DNA from: a virus
IMG/VR virus record: IMGVR_UViG_3300022839_000007
Span: 32,001 to 96,000 of that record
Length of the DNA stretch: 64,000 nucleotides
Strand: one strand, 5' to 3'
Shown here piece by piece: positions 1-10,700 of the stretch. Numbering within the stretch: the first letter of the stretch is position 1; every line of letters begins with the position of its first letter. The position numbers were made by a program, and so were the translations under genes. The notes beneath the pieces were generated by a model that was not told the origin of the DNA, made no database searches, and saw only the letters and a program-made list of their open reading frames with translations.

Positions 1-2634
1 GGAGCCCGCCGTATCAGAGCAGGCACCGCCGAACATAATATGGATATCTTTAGTCATCGATTAGGCGGTCATAGCATTGTTATGGACGACGGCGATGCAA
101 ACATTTTGCGAAGAGGATCGGCTAGAAATTCGCCATCGGAATATTTGGACGTTGAAAATACCAATGAGGACGCAAATGACGAAATGCGAACATTGCCTGC
201 AAACGAATTATTTAGAATTCGTACAAGAACTGGACATCAAATTTTATTGCACAATACCGAAGACTTAATTTACATCAGTAATAGTCGTGGTACTGCATGG
301 ATTGAATTAACATCAAATGGTAAAATTGACATATATGCACAAGACAGTATTAGTATGCATACCGAAAACGACTTTAACGTTACTGCTGACGGAAATATTA
401 ATTTAACAGCAGGAAAGGGAGTTAATATTAATGCTACTGATTCGATTAAACAAAGTGCAGGAAAAAATTTAGACTTACTTGCAGTAGGGTACTTTGCAGC
501 CAATGCCGCAGAGACTATGAGTTTTCAATCCGGCGAGTTTATTGCGGCAAGTGCAGGTACATCTATTAACATGGTTAGCGCTGGCGGGTCGACAAATATA
601 CTTTCTTCAGAATCAATTAATATTAATTCTGGAACAGAAACTTCAATTAAATCCGGTACTGCATTTTATGCAGATGCAACTACAAATATAAACCTGAATG
701 CAGCAGTTACTTTTAATGCGTATGGAGCATACGGGAATATACTAATAGACGGCAGTTTAAAAATTACAGCTAGTGGAGAATTTGATTTAAATTCGTCAGC
801 GCCGTTGAGAATTGTTGCTACTAATTTAGATATAAAATCCAACGGAATATTAAAACTTCAAGCAAATACCATAAATGAATTATCAACTGGCGAAATATTT
901 AGAACAGCAACTACTATAAACGACTTATCATCTTCCAAGCATATTCTTGGCTCTACTATAGTATACATAGATTCGGTGTTAAACGTAAAGGAAAACATTA
1001 TTACACCAAAAACTGTAAAAGCGTCGTTTGCAGGACCCGGTCCTTATACTGGCAGTGCTCCTCCGGTTGCTGCCGGTGCCGGATTTGCAATACAAGCAGA
1101 AGCATTTGGAAGCGTGGGAGAATTTGTAACCGCCGATCCAGTAGCACCGTCTCCGGCAGTAGTAGCCGTACGTGTTCCGCAACACGAACCGTGGTTGCAA
1201 CATGAAAATCTCGATCCTGTTGCATATAGTAGAGATGCAGGAGGGTCTGCTGGAGATACGTATGTAGAATCAACTCCTGACCCGTTTTCTCAATATTCAA
1301 TTAGTACAAGTAATAATCCTGGGTTTGAAAATCTTAGAGACGGTAGAAACTCGTTAGATTCTGCCGGCGAAGACGAAGTCGAAGAAAATACAAATGCACA
1401 GTTCAATGATGGTGATCCAATTCCTACTGGATCTTACACCAAAGAAGCAATTCAGGTAATTGACTTCTTTATAGGTAAAGGATACACCATTGCACAAGCT
1501 TGTGGATTTGCAGGAGCAATTCAACAAGAAAGCGGAGTTACAATAGAACCCGGTGCATGGAACAATACTGCCGGAGGAGTAGGTGCTCGAGGTATAGTTC
1601 AGTGGCGCGGTGCTGCCGGTAGGCTACTAACTGTTGAACGGTTTCTCGGAAAACCAATCTTAATTCAGCCAGAAATGAATGTTAATACGCCAGGGTATGC
1701 CGGGCTCAAAACAGCCCGATTACCAACGTCAATTTCAAGAAAGAACGGATTTACAGTTGGTTCTGCAAATGCATCTAGAGAAGAGCAGCTATCAGCAGTA
1801 TGGCAGGAAATACAAAAAGATGACCCACAGACAGCAAGAAATCGTGATCAATTTTTAGTAGATACCGGAAACGGAGTAAACGATGCTCGACAAGTTGCCA
1901 GGTTATTTGATGATATCTATTTAAGATCTCAAGGTGCTGGAATTGGATTCCGTCAAGACTATGCTGAAATTTTGTATAGAAACTACATCGGATCTGCAAC
2001 TCCGTATATTCCGGGCACTGACCAAACTCCTGAATCAAGTATTCCTGCAGATACATTAGCTGCTCCTGCAATTAATTCCAAAGGCGGCGTCCTTAACGTA
2101 ATTCATAATCAATATGCCGGAGCAGTTAGAAGTCTTGATGTCAAAGAAGATTGGAGATTAATGATAAATCGTGCTGCAAGAGACTCAGGAGTGTCTAGAG
2201 TAGATTTAATATCGGCACGACAACCAGAATATCGACAAATCCCACCTGGGTTCATTGATTATAGTCGCTGGTTTTCTAATCCACGAAAAAAATCTCCAGG
2301 AAAGCGTATTGGATCCGAACGGCACGACACCGGCTTAGCAGGCGACATTGATCTTTATGTAAATAATGGAAGCAACCATGTTATTGTAAGTAGCAACACC
2401 CTTGAAGGTAAACGTATCATGAATCGTTTTTGTGTTGCAGCAGTAAGGTACGGAGCAAGAGGGTTTGGTCATTCTGATAGATATATGGGGCTTACTCGTA
2501 TTCATATCGATATGCTTGGGCAACTAGTAAAAGGAGTTGGATGGAATAGATCACAAATAGGACATTGGAGCGGAACACAGCCATGGTTTTATCAACCGTT
2601 AATAACTACACTAAATGGGTTGTTGAGTAGTTAA
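1..2634 (+). CDS. Baseplate hub/spike (T4 gp5/VgrG-like, 5' truncated) with phage tail lysozyme and M15-like peptidase domains
   Basis: Frame is open from position 1 (GARRIRAGTAEHNM...). RTRTGHQILLHNTEDLIYISNSRGTAWIELTSNGKIDIY plus beta-helix-like repeats; QQESG...GARGIVQWRG lysozyme motif; SERHDTGLAGDID...IHID M15 zinc motif; lies upstream of gp25/gp6. Confidence 0.8.
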   Translation, partial: GARRIRAGTAEHNMDIFSHRLGGHSIVMDDGDANILRRGSARNSPSEYLDVENTNEDANDEMRTLPANELFRIRTRTGHQILLHNTEDLIYISNSRGTAWIELTSNGKIDIYAQDSISMHTENDFNVTADGNINLTAGKGVNINATDSIKQSAGKNLDLLAVGYFAANAAETMSFQSGEFIAASAGTSINMVSAGGSTNILSSESININSGTETSIKSGTAFYADATTNINLNAAVTFNAYGAYGNILIDGSLKITASGEFDLNSSAPLRIVATNLDIKSNGILKLQANTINELSTGEIFRTATTINDLSSSKHILGSTIVYIDSVLNVKENIITPKTVKASFAGPGPYTGSAPPVAAGAGFAIQAEAFGSVGEFVTADPVAPSPAVVAVRVPQHEPWLQHENLDPVAYSRDAGGSAGDTYVESTPDPFSQYSISTSNNPGFENLRDGRNSLDSAGEDEVEENTNAQFNDGDPIPTGSYTKEAIQVIDFFIGKGYTIAQACGFAGAIQQESGVTIEPGAWNNTAGGVGARGIVQWRGAAGRLLTVERFLGKPILIQPEMNVNTPGYAGLKTARLPTSISRKNGFTVGSANASREEQLSAVWQEIQKDDPQTARNRDQFLVDTGNGVNDARQVARLFDDIYLRSQGAGIGFRQDYAEILYRNYIGSATPYIPGTDQTPESSIPADTLAAPAINSKGGVLNVIHNQYAGAVRSLDVKEDWRLMINRAARDSGVSRVDLISARQPEYRQIPPGFIDYSRWFSNPRKKSPGKRIGSERHDTGLAGDIDLYVNNGSNHVIVSSNTLEGKRIMNRFCVAAVRYGARGFGHSDRYMGLTRIHIDMLGQLVKGVGWNRSQIGHWSGTQPWFYQPLITTLNGLLSS

Positions 2635-2636
2635 TT

Positions 2637-3815
2637 ATGACAGCCGATAGCACATTAGCAGATAGCACACTAGCAGATAGTTCAATACAACCTGCTACTC
2701 CTTTTATTTCCGGCGTAAGCAACAGCTTCCAACGTATAGTTACTGCCGCGGTTGCAGTTAGTGAAATTGCACAATTGTTTACAGATGTCTTTCCGCAACC
2801 GTCTATTTCAAATAATTTTATTGTTCCGGACTTGGCAGGGAATGGAGATTTAGGGTACGGTATTGCCAATAGCGGAGGAGGACTACGAAATACCCCTAGT
2901 TTAATTCGCGTTGGAACCAATACCACTCCGGATATGGATATAACATCAGGAAATATCTCTATTGGTTACAACTCAGTTGAATCAATGGTTAATAAAAGTT
3001 TATCAATGGATTGGCAAACAAAGAATGCCGATCCAGGAAACACTAACATTGTAGAAGCATACAAACTAAGTGGAAGAGATTATACAAAGGATGGCAGGAC
3101 AGGGGAATACAGTTGGGCAACAGCATATGTTAACTGGGTACTAAACAAAGCAGGAGTGCCCTACTTAGAAACTATGAGCCCTAGGGGATATGAAAAATAC
3201 GGTGCACCTGTAAACTTTAGAACAATGAAGGAAGTTAGAAAAAACGACATTTTTATTTTTAGAAGCAACGAAGGAATTAGCCATATAGGGTTTGTACAAA
3301 TGTATGATCTCAATACACAAACATTGGATATAGTCGGCGGTAATCAATCCGGAACAGTAAAGAGCACAAAGATGCCCTTTAGTGTATCGGATCCGAGATT
3401 TTATGTAGTACACGTTAGACGAAATTGGACTATACCTGCAACCGCAAATAACCCGTTATGGGAGAATAATATAGATAATAATGTTACAGGAGCACCGTTG
3501 CCTCCGGTAGATGTTTCGTATATTGATTCCCCTGATGTTTTAATAGTAACCGGTGATATAGACACCGACACTATTATTAGTAATAATATTCGAGCAATTG
3601 ACCGTGCAAGGATATCGCCTACTACCCTACAATCTACTATACAGGAAAATATGAGAACATTTGCACCAGAGGCAATTGTAGGAGAAATTGCCTCTGCTTA
3701 TCAAAGTGATATATTAAAGTCGGTAAATTCTAATAATTACCCAATGGCAGGTGAACCGTTAAATCAGCAGGATATATCAATTTTGTCCGGACCACGCCGT
3801 ACTAGCAATAAGTGA
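2637..3815 (+). CDS. TIGR02594/CHAP-like amidase-fold protein, catalytic Cys apparently replaced by Ala
   Basis: SWATAYVNWVLNKAG...SHIGFV...VGGNQS matches the family pattern PWCAAFVNW...GHVGF...LGGNQ. Confidence 0.7.
   Translation: MTADSTLADSTLADSSIQPATPFISGVSNSFQRIVTAAVAVSEIAQLFTDVFPQPSISNNFIVPDLAGNGDLGYGIANSGGGLRNTPSLIRVGTNTTPDMDITSGNISIGYNSVESMVNKSLSMDWQTKNADPGNTNIVEAYKLSGRDYTKDGRTGEYSWATAYVNWVLNKAGVPYLETMSPRGYEKYGAPVNFRTMKEVRKNDIFIFRSNEGISHIGFVQMYDLNTQTLDIVGGNQSGTVKSTKMPFSVSDPRFYVVHVRRNWTIPATANNPLWENNIDNNVTGAPLPPVDVSYIDSPDVLIVTGDIDTDTIISNNIRAIDRARISPTTLQSTIQENMRTFAPEAIVGEIASAYQSDILKSVNSNNYPMAGEPLNQQDISILSGPRRTSNK
2643..2681 (+). repeat. 15-bp tandem repeat (about 2.6 copies) encoding ADSTL-ADSTL-ADS
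   Basis: gccgatagcacatta gcagatagcacacta gcagatagt. Confidence 0.85.
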
Positions 3816-3818
3816 TAA

Positions 3819-3826
3819 GATAAATA
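3819..3826 (+). promoter_or_regulatory. T4-like late promoter (GATAAATA)
   Basis: Matches TATAAATA-type consensus; intergenic, ahead of gp25. Confidence 0.65.
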
Positions 3827-3830
3827 TGTT

Positions 3831-4277
3831 ATGAGTAGCTTAGAAAAAAACCTGTACAAAAATTTAAAATTACAATCTCCTAAAAGAGATGCTCCTTTAG
3901 TAACACAGGGTACTTACAGGGGAATCAGCACAGTTGATCCTAACCGAAAACAATTCAAACTATATGATCTTGATCTTATCAAACAAGACATCGTAAATCA
4001 TTTTCATATACGGCTTGGTGAAAAATTAGAAAATCCAGGATTTGGTACAATTATATGGGACGTGCTGTACGATCCGCTCACTGATAATTTAAAAGATGTA
4101 ATTGTTCAAAATGTAACACAAATTATTACTACTCATGAACGACGTGTAAAAGTTAACAATGTAACAGTTAGTAGTTATGAAAGCGGTATACAAATAGAGT
4201 GTGATCTTACGTATCTAGAATATAGTATTAGCGAAAATTTAAAATTTAGCTTTGACCAAAAGAACGGATTAATTTAA
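3831..4277 (+). CDS. Baseplate wedge subunit, gp25-like
   Basis: LYDLDLIKQDIVNHFHIRLGEKLENPGFGTIIWDVLYDPL is the gp25/GPW signature. Confidence 0.9.
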   Translation: MSSLEKNLYKNLKLQSPKRDAPLVTQGTYRGISTVDPNRKQFKLYDLDLIKQDIVNHFHIRLGEKLENPGFGTIIWDVLYDPLTDNLKDVIVQNVTQIITTHERRVKVNNVTVSSYESGIQIECDLTYLEYSISENLKFSFDQKNGLI

Positions 4278-4281
4278 CCAC

Positions 4282-4325
4282 GCACTTTATAGATGTCATA
4301 AATATATGATAAACTAAGGAAGTGC
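4282..4325 (+). promoter_or_regulatory. Late promoter CATAAATA (4297-4304) inside a weak hairpin that covers the gp6 RBS
   Basis: GCACTT(TATAG)...(CTAAGG)AAGTGC arms flank the promoter; AAGGA SD sits in the 3' arm. Confidence 0.5.
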
Positions 4326-4327
4326 AA

Positions 4328-7300
4328 ATGTCATCCACTGATAGACAAAATAGATTATTGTTAGCTGAAGATTGGAAAAAAATCTATCAGAGTTTTAAAT
4401 ATGCAGATTTTAAAAGTTACGACTTTGATAATCTTCGTAGAACAATGATAGAGTATCTACGTACCAATTATCCAGAAGATTTCAATGACTATATTGAATC
4501 TAGCGAATATCTTGCATTAATAGACATGATTGCATTTCTTGGACAAAATATTAGCTTTCGGATCGATTTAAATGCAAGAGAAAATTTTCTTGAATTAGCT
4601 GAGCGTAGAGAAAGTGTACTACGGCTTGCCCGATTGGTTTCGTATAATGTCACAAGAAATCAAGCAGCAAACGGGTTGTTAAAATTCTCAGGTGTCAACA
4701 CTAGCGAACAGCTCATTGATAGCAACGGAGTTAACCTTGCTAATAAAAATATTGCATGGAACGACAATACCAATCCTGACTGGTACGAACAGTTTACTAA
4801 GGTATTAAATGCAGCATTGCCGATTAATAGTAACATTGGTAGACCGTTAAAGTTAGAAAATGTTGCAGGTATAGCAACCGAACAATATCGTTTAAATAAT
4901 TTAACAGCTAATAGTAGTATTTTTACTTTTAACAAACCTGTGAATAGTAAAACATTAAATTTTGAAATTGTAAGTACTGGAATATCTTCTGGTGAAATTA
5001 TAGAAGAGGCACCTCTTCCTGGAAGTCAACTTGGTTTCATATATCGAGATAACGGCGCAGGCGCCGGTAGTGAAAATACGGGCTTCTTTGCCCATTTTAG
5101 ACAAGGTACAATGCAAAAAGGAGATTTTGCAATTGATTCGCCTGTGCCTAATCAAAAAATTGAAATCAACAGTGTTAACATAAACAATAGCGATGTCTGG
5201 TTATACAAGTTAAATTCGTCGGCACAAGAAGAAGAACTTTGGACCAAAGTAGATAGCGTCGAAGGCAACAATATTGTGTACAACAGTATTAGTAAAAATA
5301 TTCGAGATATCTTTAGTGTACTAACTCGTTCTCAAGATCGAATTAGTTTGATATTTAGCGACGGTGTGTTTGGAACATTGCCCAAGGGCAATTTTAGAGT
5401 GTATTATAGAACCAGCGAAAATTCAGATTTTACAATCTCCGCTGCAAGTATGCAAGGAATTTCAATACGGGTACCGTACCTAAGTAAATCTAGCAAAACA
5501 GAAACTCTTACAATCTACATGGATCTAAAAACGCTAGTTGACAATGCAAGTGCAACAGAAACAATCGACAGCATTAAAACAAATGCTCCTAGCACATATT
5601 ACACACAAAACCGTCTTATTACCGCAGAAGATTACAACCTAGGTCCGCTAGGAATAAGCCAGGAAATTATTAAAACTAAAAGCGTTAATAGAACAGCAAG
5701 CGGGATTAGCAGATATTATGATATAATAGATGCCACCGGCAAATATAGTAAAACAAACGTGTTTGGCACCGACGGAGTATTATACAAAGAATACCTCGAT
5801 AAGGTGACTAATTTTAAGTTTATTACTAGAACTGACATATCTAAAACTATCTTTAACACAATATTACCGATATTAGAAGAGACTGGTGTAAAAAACTTTT
5901 ATCTCAGCGAATTTCCAAGTCAAGCATATTTAGAAATTAATTTACGCTGGAAACAAGATACTTCTGATACTAATCGGAGTACAGGGCGTATTTACGACGA
6001 AAACAACATATACTACACGGTAGGAACGTTTACTGAAGGCCCTCTTCGATATCTAGAAGCTGGTGCATTAGTAAAATTTACAGCACCGGCTGGATTTGTA
6101 TTTTTAAATAATAAATTAGTAATACCAAAGGGCGCAAAGTCGGAAACTGCATATATGTGGACAAAGGTAATTGGCGTAAGCGGATCAGGACAAGATCTAA
6201 ATAACGATTCGACCGGTCCTATAATATTTAACGATATTATACCATCAACTGCAATATTAAATTATATTAAACCTAAATTTGTTAGAGACTTGGTAACTAA
6301 TATTCAAACTCAAATAATTAATAATATATTTGCATATAGAAATTTTGGCCTTAGATACGACCGAGATTTAAGACAGTGGGATATTGTTCTTCAAGAAGAC
6401 CTTGATATAAACTCAGAATTTAGTCTAGGATTATCCGGCGATACTACTGGACAGCAATTAGATAGCAGTTGGTTATTAATGTTTGAAACCGACGGAGTAT
6501 CTTATAACATTACCTATAGAACAATTCGATATATTTTTGAAAGTGACTCGGAAATTAGATTCTATTTTGACGGTAATAAAAAAATATATGATAGTAAAAC
6601 TGGAAAAATTGTTAAAGATCGAATTAGTGTGTTAAACATTAATAACGATATCAATACCGGCACTGGCATAATGCCATTTACTGTTGACTTTGATTGGGAA
6701 ATATCAAAAGAATATAAAGATGTCGGAGGATACGTTGACAGTAAAAAAGTTGAAGTGACTTTTTTTGATTCAGACGACGACGGTATTATTGATAATCCTG
6801 ATATATTTAATCAACTAGTAGATTCGTCTAATTATATCTTTACTAAAAAGAATGTACAGAACAATACAGAGAATTATATATATGCAGATCCTATTATTAA
6901 TAATATACAAACTGTATTAACAGGTACGTCTATTAACTTGTTGGCCGAGAATAATCCTGTATTTTATATTGAATCTACTGATAGTTTTAAACAACTAAAT
7001 AGTTTGACACGGACACTAACAGATGTGTTTAATTTTAATGCCTATATTGGAAGAAGCAAAATTAAATTTCAATACGTACATGCCGCAGATGAAAATTCAA
7101 GAATAGACCCTAGTAGTACAAATATAATTGATACATATATTTTAACAAAATCTTATGATACTCGTTATAGACAATTTGCTGCAGGTGCAACACAAATTCT
7201 ACCGTTACCACCAAGCAGCGATCAATTATTTAGATCATACGGTACAGAGATTAATAAAGTTAAAAGTATAAGTGATGAGATAATTTATCACCCGGTAAAG

Positions 7301-7762
7301 TACAAATCGTTATTTGGTAATAGAAGTAGTTTGGAGTTGCAAGCAATGTTTAAAATAGTTAAAAATGAAAACAGAGTAGTAAGTGATAACGATGTTAAAG
7401 CAAGGACTATTACTGCAATTAATGAATATTTTGCACTAGATAACTGGGACTTTGGGGAAATATTCTATTTTAGTGAATTATCGGCTTATATTATGAAACA
7501 GCTTTCTCCGGATATTGTAAGTATTGTTATTGTACCGAGAGATGCCAGACAGAGTTTTGGTAGCTTATTTGAAGTAAAATGTGAAGCGGATGAAATCTTT
7601 TTAAGTTCTGCATCAGTTGACGATATTGAAATTATCACGGCAAATACACAAGAACGATTAAGAGCAACTGGTACAATTGTTTCTACATCGCCGAGTACCG
7701 GAGCAAGCATTCGGAGCTCAACATTTAGTAGCTCGACTACAACTGGAGGAATTATTTACTAA
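4328..7762 (+). CDS. Baseplate wedge protein, gp6-like
   Basis: DFDNLRRTMIEYLR...FNDYIESSE...ENFLELAERRESVLRLARLVSY and TQNRLITAEDY motifs; follows gp25; ATG at 4328 after AAGGA. Confidence 0.9.
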   Translation: MSSTDRQNRLLLAEDWKKIYQSFKYADFKSYDFDNLRRTMIEYLRTNYPEDFNDYIESSEYLALIDMIAFLGQNISFRIDLNARENFLELAERRESVLRLARLVSYNVTRNQAANGLLKFSGVNTSEQLIDSNGVNLANKNIAWNDNTNPDWYEQFTKVLNAALPINSNIGRPLKLENVAGIATEQYRLNNLTANSSIFTFNKPVNSKTLNFEIVSTGISSGEIIEEAPLPGSQLGFIYRDNGAGAGSENTGFFAHFRQGTMQKGDFAIDSPVPNQKIEINSVNINNSDVWLYKLNSSAQEEELWTKVDSVEGNNIVYNSISKNIRDIFSVLTRSQDRISLIFSDGVFGTLPKGNFRVYYRTSENSDFTISAASMQGISIRVPYLSKSSKTETLTIYMDLKTLVDNASATETIDSIKTNAPSTYYTQNRLITAEDYNLGPLGISQEIIKTKSVNRTASGISRYYDIIDATGKYSKTNVFGTDGVLYKEYLDKVTNFKFITRTDISKTIFNTILPILEETGVKNFYLSEFPSQAYLEINLRWKQDTSDTNRSTGRIYDENNIYYTVGTFTEGPLRYLEAGALVKFTAPAGFVFLNNKLVIPKGAKSETAYMWTKVIGVSGSGQDLNNDSTGPIIFNDIIPSTAILNYIKPKFVRDLVTNIQTQIINNIFAYRNFGLRYDRDLRQWDIVLQEDLDINSEFSLGLSGDTTGQQLDSSWLLMFETDGVSYNITYRTIRYIFESDSEIRFYFDGNKKIYDSKTGKIVKDRISVLNINNDINTGTGIMPFTVDFDWEISKEYKDVGGYVDSKKVEVTFFDSDDDGIIDNPDIFNQLVDSSNYIFTKKNVQNNTENYIYADPIINNIQTVLTGTSINLLAENNPVFYIESTDSFKQLNSLTRTLTDVFNFNAYIGRSKIKFQYVHAADENSRIDPSSTNIIDTYILTKSYDTRYRQFAAGATQILPLPPSSDQLFRSYGTEINKVKSISDEIIYHPVKYKSLFGNRSSLELQAMFKIVKNENRVVSDNDVKARTITAINEYFALDNWDFGEIFYFSELSAYIMKQLSPDIVSIVIVPRDARQSFGSLFEVKCEADEIFLSSASVDDIEIITANTQERLRATGTIVSTSPSTGASIRSSTFSSSTTTGGIIY

Positions 7763-10700
7763 TGGCATTCGAAAAGGATCAAACAGATATTACTTTGCCA
7801 GTAAACGGTACCGGTGATATTAGTGCAGTAAACTTTCTTCCTAAATATTTTAGAACAGATATTAATAGAAAGTTCATTAATTCGACAATCGATCAAATGA
7901 TCAAACCGGGCGTAGTTGAAAAAATAAACAGCTTTACCGGAAGACGATATGCAAGAGCAACAACTGTAAATGATAGCTTTCTAAGCGATGTTACTGCCAC
8001 CCGAGAAAACTATCAGTTTGAACCAGTAATGGTTTACAAAGATACATTAAACAATGTTGAATTTTACAAAGACTACAACGATTATTTGGGGCAGTTGACT
8101 ACTTTCAAAGGTACAACTAGCAATCACAGTATTTTAAATAGTCAAGAGTATTATGCATGGAACCCTCATATTGATTGGGATAAGTTTGCTAATTTTAGAG
8201 AATATTACTGGCTACCAAACGGACCGGATGTTGTCTCGGTTTCCGGGCAATCAACATCTGTGGTTAGTACATATACCGTTGGTATAGTATTTGACGCTGA
8301 CAATTACGCATATGTCTTTACTCCAAACGGCTTTACTAGAAATCCTAAATTAAAGCTTTATAAAGGACAGACATACCGCTTCGACATCGATACTCCGGGA
8401 CATCCCTTTGCATTAGCAATTAGTCGAGTGTTCAACGACCAGGATCCAGGAATTGAATATGCACCTTCTAATCTTAGTACGCTATATAACAAAGGTGTTG
8501 TAAAATATCAATACGATGCAGAAGGAAAGCTAGTCATTTCCAACGAGGAATACATCGAAAAAGGTGTAATAGAATTTACAGTACCCGACGATGTGCCTGA
8601 TACATTATTTTACTTGAGTAAAAATTCAGTTGACACTAGTGGCATTATCGCAACTTATACTATTTTGGCTGCGTCCGAAATAAACGTTAACGAAGAAATA
8701 GTAGGCAAACGATCGTATAAAACGGCCAATGGAATTCAGTTAAGTAACGGAATGAAACTATACTTCCAGGGTACTGTTACTCCAGACGAATATAGCAAGG
8801 GATTTTGGTATGTTGAAGGAGTTGGTAGTGCAATAAAACTAGTATCCGACCAGTCTCTAGAAGTTCCGGCAATTTTTACCAGCAAGTTCAATGTTCCGTT
8901 TGACACCTTTGGGTTTGATCAATATCCATTCGAAGATGCTAGTAGCTTTCCTGGAACTAAGGATTACATAGTAATTAATCGTAGCAGTCCGGATCGAAAT
9001 CCGTGGTCGCGATATAACCGTTGGTTTCACAAAGATGTAATAACCGCTAGTGCCATGGCAAACAACAGAGTAGCTAATATAAATCAAGATGCTCGTGCCA
9101 AGCGTCCTATTATCGAATTTGAAGCTGGATTGAAGCTTTATCAGCACGGTGCAAAAGCAAAGAACAATGTTGATTTAGTTGATACGTTTACTACTGATGT
9201 CTTTAGTACAATCGAAGGCAGCCTTGGCTACAACGTCGACGGAGTAGACTTAGTTGACAGGATGCGAGTATTATTTACAGCCGATACAGATATTCTAGTT
9301 CAAGGAAAGATTTATCAAGTTAAGTTTATTACGCACAACGCACGTAGACAGATTACGTTAATTGAAACAGTTGACACAGATCCAGTTCTTGATGATACCG
9401 TTTTAGTTTTAATGGGTAATACACAAGCCGGTAATATGTTTTATTATACCGGTATTAAATGGAAGATAGCGCAAGATAAAACAAGTATTAATCAGTTTCC
9501 GTTATTTGACTTATTTGATAAAGATGGAATAAGTTATACTGATAATACTACATATCCTTCTAGTAGCTTTAGAGGAAACACATTATTTGGATACCGGTTA
9601 GGAACCGGTACTCCTGACACTGAACTAGGGTTTGCATTAAGTTATCGCAATATTTCAAATGTCGGAGATATTGTATTTGATTTTTCGCTTTTAACTGATA
9701 CATTTGGCTATCAGTCTGAACTTCATCAAACAAGTTTAGTAAACACCGACACTTCGTTTTTAAGAAAGTATAATGCTTTTGGAACCGAGTTTTCCTATGA
9801 AAACGGATGGAAAAAGGCAGTTGCAAAAAGCAGCCAGGCAGTTATTAATTCTCAAATAATTACTAACAAACTAAATAATTTTCCTATTGATGTATACGAC
9901 AATAGCGCAACTGTTACTGATCTTATTATTAAAATATGGGTCAACGGTTCGCGAAAGTATCAAGATATTGATTATATTGTATCAAGTAATAACAATATAG
10001 CATACATCGACTTTAATAGAGAGTTAGCAGAAACTAACTTATTGTTAATAAAAACATACAGCAGTGCAAACAAAAATGCAAACGGATTTTATGAAATACC
10101 TATTAATTTTGAAAAAAATCCACTTAATGACAATATTACAGAAGTTACACTTGGAGAAGTAAACGACCATATAAACAGCATAGCAGACGGACATCCTGAA
10201 TTTATAGGAATATTTCCCGGTGCTAGCAATCTTCGAGATATTAGCAAACTTGCATCGTATGGTACTCGTTTTGTACAACACAGCGGACCTCTTAATCTTG
10301 CATTATACAATTTAACCGACAAAGATGCAAACTTAATTAAATCGTTAAAATTTGCCAGAAGAGAATATGCAAAATTTAAGAGACAATTTATATACGAAGC
10401 CAACAAAACCGGATTTCACGGTAGTGCAAGAGACCATGTAGATTTAATTTTACAGACATTGGCACAAACTAAAACCGAAGCACGTCCTTTCTATTTCAGT
10501 GATATGGTTGCTATCGGAACAGCTTTAAAGACATTGCATTTAGTAGAATATCCTGATGCAGTATTTTTTGCATTAAATCGTTCTTTTAATTTATCTACAT
10601 TATCTATTAATGCAGTAACAGTCTATTTAAATGGTATACAACTACTACACAACAAGGATTATATATTTGTTGATACCTTTGTAAAGATCTTGAACAACTT

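Noticed and set aside
1-7762. Bacterial T6SS/eCIS locus
   Set aside because: T4-type late promoters, phage RNase H, a homing endonuclease and phage-style gene packing indicate a lytic phage
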